Part shown: one piece after another, positions 13,860 through 27,296 of the stretch
How positions within the stretch are numbered: position 1 is the first letter of the stretch
Layout: each line of letters opens with the position of its first letter
Assembly (NCBI RefSeq): GCF_009914755.1
Contig: NC_060940.1
Strand: one strand, 5' to 3'
Source: the human T2T-CHM13v2.0 reference genome, Homo sapiens
Length of the DNA: 64,000 nucleotides
Translations under genes and position numbers: made by a program
Notes under the pieces: generated by a model
Told to the model about the DNA's origin: nothing
Databases searched by the model: none
The model's input: the letters and a program-made list of their open reading frames with translations, nothing else

Positions 13860-14790
13860 CTCATCCATTCACTTATCCATTCAACAAGTATTCATTGAGC
13901 ACCTACTCTGTTCTAGATATTGTACTAGGCACAGGTGAGTACAAAGCTGAACACGATCCAATTCCTGTCCCCAAGGAGCTTAGAGTTTTGTGAGAGAGGC
14001 CAACAAGCAAACAGGAGATTACAGCATCATGTGGTAGGGGCTTTTCTATGGGTAAATCGCAGGCACCAGACTCAGTCTTGGAGCAAGATGCTACCTGGAA
14101 GAAGAGACATCTGAGACTAAAAGGGCAAGTGCAGTTTAGCCAAGCCAAGAGGTGGTAGGAATGGTATTTTGGGAGAAGAGCAGTCCAGTGAAAAGGCTCA
14201 ATGGGTAGGGAAGGAGTGGCACATTGGATGAATGGAATAAGGCCTAAGAGGCTGGACTGTGGATTGAGAGGAGGGAAGTGGCAAGAAGTGAGGCTAGGGG
14301 AGAGTTTCTTAGCCTTGGGACAATTCACATTTGGTGCTGGGGTAACTCTTTATTACAGAGGTCTGTCGTGCACACTCTAGGATGCTTAGCATCCCTGGCC
14401 TCTTCCTGCTAGATACCAGTAGTACTCATTCCCTGCTTGTGACCACCAAAAATGTCTCCGGGCATTATTGCCAAATATCCCCAATTGGAGGTGGGGGAGC
14501 AAAATCACCCCCGACTGAGAACCACTGAATTAGAAAAATCAGGCAGGGATCCTATCGAAAAGGGTCCTACAAATCATGATAAAGAGTTAGGGCTTTATCT
14601 GGGAGGCAATGGGCAGCCCTTGAGGGTTTTAATCATGGGGTGGGGGAGGGGTTCCACGAACAAATCCATGACTTAGAAAGATCACCTTGGCTGCAATGAC
14701 CCAGAGATAGAAGTGAGATCAAAGGCAGGAAGACCACTTTTGAGGCTGCTGCTGTGACCCTGGTGAGAGAGAATGGGGACACGGATCAGG
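13860..14790 (-). mobile_element. L2 fragment interrupted by MER20
   Basis: cattcaacaagtattcattgagcacctact start; resumes after 14527 with tagaaagatcaccttggctgc. Confidence 0.75.
14300..14527. mobile_element. MER20 hAT-Charlie element
   Basis: agcatccctggcctc...tgtgaccaccaaaaatgtctcc...gcaaaatcacccccgactgagaaccactg. Confidence 0.88.
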
Positions 14791-14894
14791 GGGCAATACA
14801 GTTCTGGTGGCCCAGTGAGATGTTTTCTTTGGTTTACAAATCTCAGCTTCTCTCTCCCCCTACCCTGTTTCAGGATGTTCCCTGAGTTGGAGAC

Positions 14895-15047
14895 AGTGGT
14901 TCTCAAACTTTGTGGGCAGTCACCAAGAGTGCTAATAATAAGTGCAGTGGCTCAGGCTCCTTGAAGGAGGAAAGGGCCCAGGCCTTGGCATTCCTCCTGG
15001 CTTCCCTGGGTGATTCTGATTCCCACCAGCATTTGGAAACCATTGAC
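14895..15047. mobile_element. MER5-like MITE, degenerate
   Basis: Terminal inverted repeats cagtggttctcaaact / tttggaaaccattg; internal ggtgattctgat. Confidence 0.6.
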
Positions 15048-15092
15048 TTAGGGTATCCATAGCTACAGGCAAGATACATTCTGTGGGTCTCA

Positions 15093-15446
15093 GTCCCACC
15101 TGACCTGCAGAATCTGGGATGAATGTCCCACCTGATGCACAGAATCTGGGATAAATGTCCCACCTGATCCATGGAATCTGGGATGAATGTGCTACCTGAC
15201 CTGCAGAATCTGGGATAAATGTCCCATTTGACTCTCGGAATCTGGGTTGAATGTCCCACTTGACCCACAGAATCTGAGATAAATATCTAACCTACGCACG
15301 GAATCTGGGATAAATGTCCCACCTGACCCATGGAATCTGGGATAAACATCTGACCTACCTGTGGAATCTGGGATAAATGCCTCACCTGACTCATGGAATC
15401 TGGGATGAATGTCCTACCTGACCCGCGGAATCTGGGATGAATGTCC
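15093..15446. repeat. Minisatellite, 11 copies of a 32-bp unit (two copies 31 bp)
   Basis: Consensus GTCCCACCTGACCYRYRGAATCTGGGATRAAT; units start at 15093, 15125, 15157, 15189, 15221, 15253, 15285, 15316, 15348, 15379, 15411. Confidence 0.97.
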
Positions 15447-15799
15447 TTCCCCTAGACGTGGTCTTTTCCAGGCTGCTCAGGGTTCATACTCGGAACACTT
15501 GGTTCCTGGGCGTCCCTCCTGTCACATATCTGGGAGCAGTGCATGAGGTCCTGGTTGTGAAATTGCATATCTGCCTCTTGCTGACAGCTCCTGCAGGTCA
15601 GGGGATGCCTTGAGGACAGAAGTTGGCCATGGACATGTCTGCTGCTCCCATACAAGAGAAATTCGTAGGTGATTCCAAGCCCAGCTTCCTGGCCCTGATG
15701 CAGTCATATATCAAAATAAAGAGGGGCTGTTTCCAGGGGAACCTAGGCAACAGTAATAACAATAATCAAGAACAGTAGTGATAACAGCAATGGTAAGAA

Positions 15800-16040
15800 C
15801 TGCCATTTACAGGGGGCTTACAGTGTACCAGGCATTATGCTGAGAACATCGTATATATTATATCATTAAATCTTCACACTAAACTAGAACATAATTGCTA
15901 GAACATTACCCACATGTTACTGATAAGAAAAGGGAGGCTCACAGAGGTTAAGAAACTTGCCCGAGTTCATGTAGCTATTAAAAGGTAGAATTAGGAACTC
16001 AGGTCTGCTTGACTTGAGCATAAGCTCCTAACCACCGCAC
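15800..16040 (-). mobile_element. MIR
   Basis: gaggctcacagaggttaagaaacttgccc MIR core antisense. Confidence 0.75.
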
Positions 16041-16129
16041 AGCCACTATAACCTTTCCCACGTCAGCCCAGCATCCATCTCCAGTAACTTGAGACAGAGA
16101 ATTTGCGAGTCCTTGTTTAGCCCCTGAGT

Positions 16130-16500
16130 ATATCCATTAGGATCATGTTTGTCTGTGACAGAAACCCCAAATAAAAGTAGTTTATGCAAGGTGGAATTTT
16201 GTCTCCTCTAAAAAAGAAGTCCAGAGGTATGCAGTTTAGAGCTGGTGTTATGCCCCTTTTACCTTGATGCTCTGTGATTCTCAGCAGACGACTGCTACCT
16301 CATGATCCAAGATGGCAGCTCACATGAAGCCATCACATCTGCATTCCAGCCAGCAGTAGGGAGGAAGGATCAAAGAAGGTGCTGTCTTTCTCCGAAGTCA
16401 CACATAACCCTAGTTACATGTTGTTAGCCAGAACTTAGTCACATAATACCCAGTAGCAAGGGAATCTGCTCATCAACTAAAAATGAGTGTTTATTTCTAA
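16130..16500 (-). mobile_element. MLT1J-like MaLR LTR
   Basis: gaagtccagaggtatgcag...ccaagatggcagct...cacatctgcattccagccagcag...gccagaacttagtcacat. Confidence 0.65.
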
Positions 16501-16578
16501 GGTAGGCAGAGGAGAAGAAATTAGTGGCAGCTAATGGTCTCTGCCAGTGGAATGCTGCTAAGGATCTAGGCTAGATAA

Positions 16579-16929
16579 TTTTTTAGATTGTTTTATTTTA
16601 CAACTTTCACTTTTGTGGGTACATAGGAGATGTATATATTTATGGGGTACATAAGATATTTTGACACAGACATACAATGTGTAATAATCACATCAGTGTA
16701 AATGGGGTATGTATCACCTCAAGTATCTATCCTTTGTGTTACAAACAATCCAGTTATACTCTTTTAGTATTTTAAAATGTATAGTTAGATTATTATTGGC
16801 TGTAGTCAATCTATTGTGCTATCAAACACTAGATGTTACTCATTCTTTCTATTTTTTGTAGACATTAACCATCCTCCCCTCCCCCTATTCCCCATCATCC
16901 TTCCCTTCCCAGCCTCTGGTAACCATCAC
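16579..16929 (-). mobile_element. L1MA-type 3' end, 5'-truncated, with TSD
   Basis: gtgggtacataggagatgtatatatttatggggtacat; TSD tctagg(c/t)tagataa at 16565-16578 and 16930-16943. Confidence 0.85.
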
Positions 16930-16953
16930 TCTAGGTTAGATAAATGTTTTGGG

Positions 16954-17091
16954 AGGGTAGCCATGTAATTTATCATCGTAAGTGGGACACTTTGGGGGAG
17001 CAAAAGAAAGCACTAAAAATACTGAATAGGTATGAATAGATTTAGTTCAGGCATGGGACTGTCCAGGAGAATTGGAATGTAAAATCACCCT
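16954..17091. mobile_element. MER94-like hAT-Blackjack MITE
   Basis: agggtagccatgtaatttatc...gggacactt...gggactgtcc...tcaccct. Confidence 0.7.
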
Positions 17092-18665
17092 ACTGGAGGA
17101 ATCTGCCTCCTGTATTAGAAACAAGACTGGGTCAAGGTCGTTCTCATTATAAACCTGATAAAGTCCGACTCCATCCCTGCAGAATGTATATGTCCACTCT
17201 CTGGCTGGCTCTCAGCACAAACATTTTGATTGAGGTTTTGTCTAAATGCCAACTTGAGGTAACATCTTTGCCTTAGGTATTTGTCCTCAAAGGGCAGCAA
17301 CCACCATTGATTTCTGCACTATGTGGCAGCTGTTTAATTCATTCCTTACCTAATTTCCCCTCCACCCTCTGAGGTCTATGAGTCAGGTGCTATCATCTCC
17401 AGTTTACATGCATCCACTGAGGCTGGGGGTGGTGGGGTTGAAAGACGTTCCCAAAGTCCCTCAACAAATAAATGGCAGAGCCTGGGTTTGAACTGGTACC
17501 TTGTGGATACTGAGCACCCTTCTTATAACCACTCTATTATACTTCAGCCCCATCTCAGGCCATCCACTTGCCTACCTGACCCACTGTACTGCTCACCTGT
17601 CTTTTCCATTCCTGATTCCATAAACTGGGCTGCCTCATCACTGGGGCAACCATTTGGACCTCCTAGTTGATGTTCCTTTGTTATTCAAACCTCCTCCTTA
17701 GCTCCACATCCTCTCCTTTCCTATTCCACTCTCAGCTCTCCATGCCATCTTGGTTTCTATTCATTGGTAGCTCCATGGCCTTGGGCCCTTCATGGAGCTC
17801 AGACCAACTGGATCATCTCTGAGGTTTTCCCCACAGTGAGGAAGGATGAAGATAAGACACAAAGAATGGAAGACGTAGAGGCAGAGAAGTTTGCTGGTGG
17901 AGCGGTGGAAGCTTTAAGCTCTTCCTACTGTTGGCCACAGCTTTATAGGAGAAAGAAGATGTGGGGTCTTAAGAACTCACCTTGAAGATATGGAAGGGGG
18001 AGCTGACCAGGGGCACTTGAAAGGATGGCATAGCAGCATGAGAGCTCTGCAGAGGTTGAAGAGTTTGTATGTAGAGCTGCACCAGTTCACAGTGTGGTGT
18101 GATTTGCTTTACTATGGCTCAGTCTCCTCTGGGATGGGGAAAGAGAAGGCATGGTTGAGGGAAGCCTTGGTGTATATCCCCTGTGCTATTCTGCCTTAAC
18201 TCATAGTTAATTTTTCACATGTCTCTCATCTTATCAATTCTTGTATCCCCAGGGTCAGACACAAAGCCTGACACCTGGGAAGGTGTTTCTCAGATGTGAG
18301 TGATGAATGTTTCCTTTCAGCTCTAAACCCTGATGGCCTTTCAAATGCTGAGTACTCCTGTACCCCTTTCATGATCCATCCTCTGCCTCCCTCCCCACCA
18401 AATACTCACTCAAAAAAGATGCAGCTTTTTAAAACCAGCTATATTTATTAATAGCCATTAATGCATGTGGTCATTTAAACATTAATCATTCAATAAAGCA
18501 ATACATCACAACATAAAATAGAAATAACACAAAAAACAGTGCTTTCCCTTTATTTAACTAGTTGGTTGGGTCTTTGTGAGCCAGCTGTCTTTTGTAGCGA
18601 AATGTCCACATTTCATTAGGTGTTTGTGACGCCCTGGAAATAGCTTGTCGGTTCCCTTTCCTCTT

Positions 18666-18680
18666 CCTGCAGATGGCAGC
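18666..18680 (+). promoter_or_regulatory. Candidate CTCF core motif
   Basis: CCTGCAGATGGCAGC matches CCASYAGRKGGCRS at 13 of 14 positions; motif match only. Confidence 0.35.
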
Positions 18681-18850
18681 ATGGAGTAGTGGTTAAGCCC
18701 GTGGACTTTGGAATCAGGTTTTCTGCGCTCAAGTCTTGTCACTGCGATCTACTAGCTGTGTGACCTTGGGTGAGTTACTTAACCTCAGTTTCTCCATCTG
18801 CAAAATGGAGAGAATAATAAATACCTGTCTCACAGGGTTGTTATTAGATC
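18675..18850 (+). mobile_element. MIR
   Basis: gtagtggttaagcccgtggactttggaatcag...actagctgtgtgaccttgggtgagttactt. Confidence 0.85.
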
Positions 18851-18949
18851 TTTCATAAAAAGCTGTGAATAGAATTGCTACTTTCCTTTCTACCACCCAG
18901 GTGGGGTGGGAAACTTCTGCTCTTGGCAGTCATTTAAATCCTGTGCTCT

Positions 18950-19275
<326 letters not shown>

Positions 19276-20121
19276 TCATAGACAGCAAGAAACTCCTGGC
19301 CATCCGACTCTTGGTGGAGAGGAAGGGGCATTGCTTTTTAGTTTTACTCTCCATGATTTACAAAGGCAGCAGCATTTCTGAGTGAAAACGAATGCTCGCC
19401 TGCTGCTGGCTGGTTCTGTATGTATTGATTAGCGTCCCAGGGGTGGGACTGGGGGTACTGTTCTAGAAACACTCACTTTGATTCCTCAGATAAAACCCCC
19501 CTGGGTCCTGCTAGGAAACTAATTGGGAGTTGATTCTGATGAATAAATGTGCTGCCGCCGCCTGAGGAATTGACCACGCCGGCAGATGGCTGGAGAATGA
19601 GAAACACTCTGTTGTGGCCTTCTAAGGGGCCCATCAATAATAGATTGGCTCCAGCCTGGGGAGAGGGAAGCATTTCTGCTGCAGGTATGAATTATGGATG
19701 CCGTTTAGGGTAATGCGGATCTATCTCAAAGGTTCCGCTCAGTTTATGTGCTAGTAAAAGCCGGCAATTTGCTTGTGTTCCAGCTATAATTTGCGCTACA
19801 TTAAGGGACCCTCCTTTCCATAATGGATGTGTGGTTGAACGCAGGCTCAGCCAGGCCTCGAGGGCAAGGCCTAGGCGGCCAGATCAGGAACACAGCTAGG
19901 TGTCATCCTCCGCAGCCCAGTCACAAGGCTCCAGACGTTTTGCTGAGGGTGCAAGTGGATGCCTTAAACTCTTTCCCAAGGTCCTGGAAAGAAACTGCAC
20001 TAACAGCCTTGCTGTGACTCACTGTCAAATGCAGTTAATGCACATACTGAGAGGAGCACAAAGGAAACCTATGGGCTACAGTCTGGACAAAGACACAGCA
20101 GTCTTGCAAGAGAAGCCATAG

Positions 20122-20835
20122 ATAGGGTGGTTAAGAGCACAGATTCTGGAGCCAGATTGCCCAGGTCTGAATTCTGGCTTTGCCATTTTCTAGCCATGTA
20201 CCCTTTGGCAAATTATGTAGCCTTTCTGTGCCTCAGTTTCCTCCTCTATAAAAAGGCAATAATAGCACTAACCAGTTATATGCTGAAGCCAGAGCAGACA
20301 CGTGAAAGCCAACTGTTTAATTATCAGAAATTTTGCAAGCTGGTTGTTAAATACAGCCTTTATTAAAAATTAAATTTTATAAGCTTGCAATTAAAACCAA
20401 AGGTAATAAATGCTCCAAACTCATTAATTCCTAATTATTTTACTCCATTTTACTACTATCTATGCTCTTGGGGCTACTTATGTCTACTGTGTCTGCATGG
20501 TGGCAATGATACGTAATGTACGTCCCTTTCCGATGATACATGATGTGCATCTTCCCGGTGATATATGATAGGCATTTCTTCCCAACGCCAAGATCGTGAC
20601 ATTACACTGACAGCTTGGAATTGGCCACAGTGGGAGTAGTTACACCAGGGACATTGGCAAGTGCTACAAATCAAAGCTTTCCCATTGAGAGCTGGTTGTT
20701 AAACTTTTAAGAGCACATCAGTGGTACTGACCTAATAAAGTTGTTTGGAGGATTGAATAGTTAACATGTTTATAAATTGCTTAGAACAGAGCCTGGCACA
20801 AAGTAAGCGCCATATAAAAATTTGCTGTTATTATT
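20122..20835 (+). mobile_element. MIR split by MER63
   Basis: 5' half 20122-20272 (gtggttaagagcacagattctggagccagattgcc); 3' half 20724-20835 (gcttagaacagagcctggcac). Confidence 0.85.
20273..20723. mobile_element. MER63(B)-like hAT-Blackjack element
   Basis: Ends cagttatatgctg / agcacatcagtg; degenerate 8-bp TSD gcactaac / gtactgac. Confidence 0.8.
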
Positions 20836-21144
20836 TTCAGAGATTTTTACAATTTTTTTCTAGCATAGATCAAGTGGTCACTGTGTGAATGAAGTCCTCC
20901 AAGGAACTGCAATCTTTTTCTTTCTTCCTAACCCCTGTGGTCCAACAGCCTGAGAAAAGTCTTATATACTTTCTCTTAAAGGCAAGGACACACTGAAATC
21001 TGGGGGGAAAATTGGTTTGGGTTCTCCTGAGCTTTTCGAAGTACTTTCCTTTAGTGTGAGCTGGTGTGATAGTGGACTGACTTTAGTGAGGAATGGGATT
21101 CTGGCTTTATCACTGATCTGAGCAGATTATTTTACCTCTTCAAA

Positions 21145-21280
21145 TTAGGACCACAGGTGCACGCCACCACACCTGGCTAATTAATTTTTTTTTTTTTTTA
21201 AGAGATGGGGTTTTCACATTGTTGTCCAGGTTGGTCTCGAACTCCCGGTCTCAAGCAATCCTCCTGCTTTGGCCTCCTCA
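21145..21280 (-). mobile_element. Partial AluJ
   Basis: ggaccacaggtgcacgccaccacacctggctaa...ctcaagcaatcctcctgctttggcctcc. Confidence 0.8.
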
Positions 21281-21697
21281 GTTGTAAAAAGGGGGTAATA
21301 ACGGCTGCCTCATGGGTTTGGGTGGTAAAGGTGATATGGTTGCCTGAGGTCCAATTCTACCTCTAGCACTTGCTGCCCCCAAGACCTTAGGAAAGCTCCC
21401 TGATTTCTATAAACCTTAGTTTCCTCATCTATAAAATTGGAGCAATAATACTTCTGTTTCCTGGTGGCTGGGAGATGAAATGGGGTAATACAATTAAGAA
21501 GGTAGCATTTTACCTGGATATAGGAGATGCTTAATAAATATTAACAGTGACCTTAGCTGCTACTTGGCAATGATACCTCTTACCATCCCTGATAACCTGG
21601 GTGGTTTTGGCTGATCTGGCTGGTTGGCTGCGGAAGGCTCCCTTTCTTTCCTCTCTCTTGCAGAACTCTTCCTCCCAAAACTGTGCCTCACTGAGCT

Positions 21698-21809
21698 GAA
21701 GGGCTTGTGACCTCTCATACTGAGGCTGTGTCCTCTGGGATAGAGTGTGATCAGAAGGGCTTGTGACCTTCTCATACTGAGGCTCTTCCTCTTGGGTAGA
21801 GTGTGATCA
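21698..21809. repeat. Tandem duplication, 2 x 56 bp
   Basis: gaagggcttgtgacc(t)tctcatactgaggct...tagagtgtgatca twice. Confidence 0.9.
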
Positions 21810-22440
21810 AGCAGTGCATCCTTGCTCACGCCTGCAAGCAAATGGCTCAGAGCTGTTGTGAGGATTAAATGGGATAATGTAGGTGAGGATTGAATGGGAT
21901 AATGTAGGTGCAGCAGGACCACTCATTAGGAATTTAACATGGCAGAATGGCCTGCTGAGGAACGAATTGTATCTTATTTTCTCAGCTGGATGTTCATCAG
22001 AGAAGGATGAGATGTTCTTTCTCTTCTCTTGCCCAGGGGGATGAATGGGTCTTTGTGTCCTTAAGGTTTGAGTTTGTACTGTCTCCTCTGTGGGAAGGGT
22101 TAACAGAATTTTTCTTAGGCTGTTGGATCTCAGGAGTCTAGGAAGGAAGAAAGGATTTTAGCTCCTTAGTGAGGTTTGCTCAAAAGCAGTGTCTGGGTGG
22201 TTTTCTCTGAAAAGCCAGATGCTATGGGCAGGGGCTTGTGAATCATATGAGGATATCCTGAGGCCAGGCTCTGAACGGTGGGTGACCCCTGGGTTTGCTG
22301 GCCACTACCTTCTCCCAAGTGGGTAACAGAACTTATGGCACCTTTGAATACTCAGTGGGAGGCTAGGCACTGAATGTGATTTGGGGCTTTCCAGGATCAC
22401 AGAAAGAGGAATGTGGGCTTCGAGATAATGGGGAGAATCT

Positions 22441-22768
<328 letters not shown>

Positions 22769-22999
22769 TAACTCAACTTCTTGATAACCTTGTTCTCTTG
22801 GGGTATGAGGTTGTGTTTGAACTGGATTATGTTTGGTGCAGACAGAGAAACATGCTTTTACTTTCACTTTTCAACTTGAGAGCAATTCTTATTTGTGACT
22901 CATGTAATATGCTGGCTTCATAATAGAGGCTCAATAAATGGTCGTTCTCTTCACTCTTCTGTTTATTCTTTATTACATTTAATCACAAATCTGAACCCT

Positions 23000-23215
23000 A
23001 TAGCAGTTTAAGGGTTGAAACCTAGGGCTTGAGAGTTCAAATCCTTGATCCACCACTTACTTGGCTGTGTGAACCTTGGGTAAATTCCTTAATCTTCATG
23101 AACCTCAGTTATACCATCTGTAGAATGGGGATTAAAAAATAGTGCTGTCTGTGAAAATGAAATGACTTTTAACCCAGTGCCTCTGGTGTAATAAGTACTA
23201 AGTAAATGGTGCCTT
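23000..23215 (+). mobile_element. MIR
   Basis: gttcaaatccttgatccaccacttacttggctgtgtgaaccttgggtaaatt...cctcagtt. Confidence 0.75.
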
Positions 23216-24361
23216 TATTTTTGTATGCTCTATGAGTCAAGTGGGACAAAATAAATTCCATTAAACAAAGGAAGAAATGAAGGCACAGAGAGCCGGATGT
23301 CTCCCCTGAGGTCAGTAAAGGACTCATGTACCCAACACGTGGCTCTTTTGTGATCCAAGCCAGAAGGGAACATGGTGTTCCCAGTACCGCTCAGAGCCAG
23401 GATTCCACCAGCCTGAAAGTTCCATGTTCCCAAAAGTTTTTCAAAGCTATAAATATAGATGGAGCCTTCTGAGAAATGTGCTGGGTCAGGGCTTTTGCCT
23501 AAGCAGACAACTTTGGCTGGCTTTGGCCCTTTTTCCTGATTGCCCTGTTCCATGAATCTGTTGTTTTAGTGCACTCTGTGGTTTCTAGTTGAATCTTCCA
23601 GAACCACTTAAGACTTAGGGAGGAGAGGAGGGTAGGATGCCAACCTCTGGAAAAACATGGGCACTGGAAAGACCCAGTTTAACTTAGCCAGAGTCACCAC
23701 TGAATCTGTCGGGGCAATTGTTTTTAAATTTTAAGTGGCATATTTCCTTGTTTAGTTATTTTTAGAGCTGGTTTTCTGATTATAAATGCATTACGTGGCA
23801 ATTATAAAAAAATAAGGAAGTCAAAAATCCCATCTTTTTTTTTTTTTTTGGAAGGCAAGCAGGTTAGTAAAAACCCAATTTACCTAAATCCCATTGGAGT
23901 TTGAAAACTATACATGCCTTATAGAATTGATAGCTTTTCCAATGAATTAATCAGTAAATCAATTAACCAGAAAATCTTTATTGAGTGCCTTTTGTGTGCT
24001 AAGGCAGATTCCAGGATGAGGTAAGAAAATGAAAAGCTCTGAACTAATAAATGTCATCCAGTCCCAGAGGGAGATCAATCCAATGGCGATGGAATTAGTG
24101 ATCAAGCTATTGGTCCTTAGAAGTGGCAGGAGTTGAGGCAGACAACAAATGTGCTATGAACTGTACGAAAAATGAGCCCCAAGGTGAAGGAAAGGCTTGT
24201 TGAAAAAAACCCAGTGGGGAAACATCCTGTTTCTTAGGCCACAAGTGAAGGGAAGGCAACCATATCCATCCACCCACTCAGCCACCCACCTGGTTTGCAG
24301 AAATTGAGCCAGTGATGCATCTAGTTAAAAATTGCATGCAGTTAAAAATTTTTATTACTCT

Positions 24362-24712
<351 letters not shown>

Positions 24713-25134
24713 TTAAAGTGTACAATTTGATAAGTTTTGACGTAAGTCTACACCAGTGAAACCATTGACACCATCAAGATAATGAACTTATGCATCACCC
24801 TTAAAAGTTTCCTTGTGGTCCTTTCTAATTCTTTCCACCTACCTTCCCGGACAACCCCTGATCTGCTTCTGTTGGTATATATTAGTCCGGATTTCCTACA
24901 ATTTTATAAAAATGGAATAATACAGTATTCACTAGTTTTTGTTGAGTTTACTTCACTCAGCATAATTATTTTCAGATCTATCCACATGGTAGCATATATC
25001 AATATTTCATTATTTCTATTGCTGAGTAGTATTCCATTGTATGGATATACCACAGTTAAATTCACCTGTTGTTGAGCATTTGGGTCATTTACAGTTCTTG
25101 GATACTAAAAATAAACTTGCTTTTTGTACAAACA

Positions 25135-25499
25135 TGTTACACAATGAGAGGTCAAAGAACAAGCCTGACAAATCCAGTTTCTCAGGAAGAAACATTTAAC
25201 AGGGACTTATGAACTGGAGCAATGTCTTGGGAAGCCACAAGATGTTGGCTCACTGCATTCACCCTAAAAAACATATTCTTCCTATAGTAAGCTTTTTTGA
25301 TAAAACATGTGCAGCTAGTCATGTCTCAGACTTTCTTGCAAAACTCTTGACCACTGGATAGGTTAGATAAATGTCTTTATGAAGGATTATCTAAGCTATA
25401 AGAACATCTTGGTAGGCAGGAGTCGCACATTGGTCATCGTGGTGGTTTCCCTTCAAGATGGTGTCACACTCCTGCCATGCAACAGACTGTTTTCCTGCA
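25135..25499 (-). mobile_element. Solo LTR, probably ERVL class (LTR47-like; family uncertain)
   Basis: TG...CA ends, 5-bp TSD aaaca / agaca, interrupts colinear L1 sequence. Confidence 0.7.
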
Positions 25500-25659
25500 A
25501 GACATATGCTTTCATTTGTTCATGGGTAAACTCCTAGGAGTAGAATGGCTGGTTCATATTGTAAGTACATGTGTAACTTTTTAAGAAACTGAGAGACCAT
25601 TTTCTAAAGTGATTGTACCATTTTACATTGCCACCAGCAGTATATAAGAGTTCTATTTT

Positions 25660-25987
<328 letters not shown>

Positions 25988-26934
25988 TAACCATTCTAAT
26001 TGGCATAGGAGTGATATGTGATTTTAATTTACATTTCTCTAAAGATTAATGATTGAGTCTCTTTTCATGTACATATGTCCTGTCTGTATGTCTCCTTTGG
26101 TGACGTGTCTGTTCAAATATTTTGGCCATTTTAAAAATTGGCTTGTTTTCTTAAGTTTTGGGAGTTCTTTATGTATTTGAGATATAAATTTTTTATAAAC
26201 TATATGATTGATCAGACATATGATTCTCTAACTCTGTAGCTTGTCTTGTATTCTCTTCACAATGTCTTTTAAAGAGCAAACATTTTTTAAGTTGATGAAG
26301 TCCAGTTTATCGGTTTGTTCCTTTTTGGGTCATACTTTTGATGATGAATCTAAAAAATCTTTGCCTAGATCAAGATTAAATTTTTCAATGCCCTAAATGT
26401 TTTATAATTTTAGGATTTATATTTAGATCTACAATCCATTTTGAATTAAGTTTTATATATGATGTGAGGTATGGATAGGAGTTCGTTTTTCTTTTTGCAT
26501 ATTGGGATCTAATTTTCTCAGTACATTTTTGAAGGAACTTTAATTTCTCCACTGAATTCCCTTTGCATTTTTGTTAAAAATCAGCTGTCCATATATATGG
26601 GGCTATTTATGGATTTTTGTATTCTATTTCATTGATCTATTTATCATCTTTTATGCCAGTATTACACTGTCTTGATTATTACAGCTTTGTAATAAGTCTT
26701 GGATGGTGTTAGCATTACAACTTTGTTCCTTTTTTTTTTTCCAGAGGTATCTTGGCTATTTTAGGTCCTTTGCAGTACCATATACATTTTAGGATGCATC
26801 AATTTCTACAAAAAATGCTTCCTGGAGATTTCTGTTTGGATTTCATTGAATCTATACATCAAGTTGGGAAAATTTACACCATCTTAACAATATTGAGTTT
26901 TCTTGAACCTATAAGTATAGGTTCAAGACCAACA

Positions 26935-27296
<362 letters not shown>

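Noticed and set aside
15093-15446. CRISPR-like array (palindromic ~32-bp repeats)
   Set aside because: Units are contiguous with no unique spacers, there are no cas genes, and the DNA is human; it is a minisatellite.
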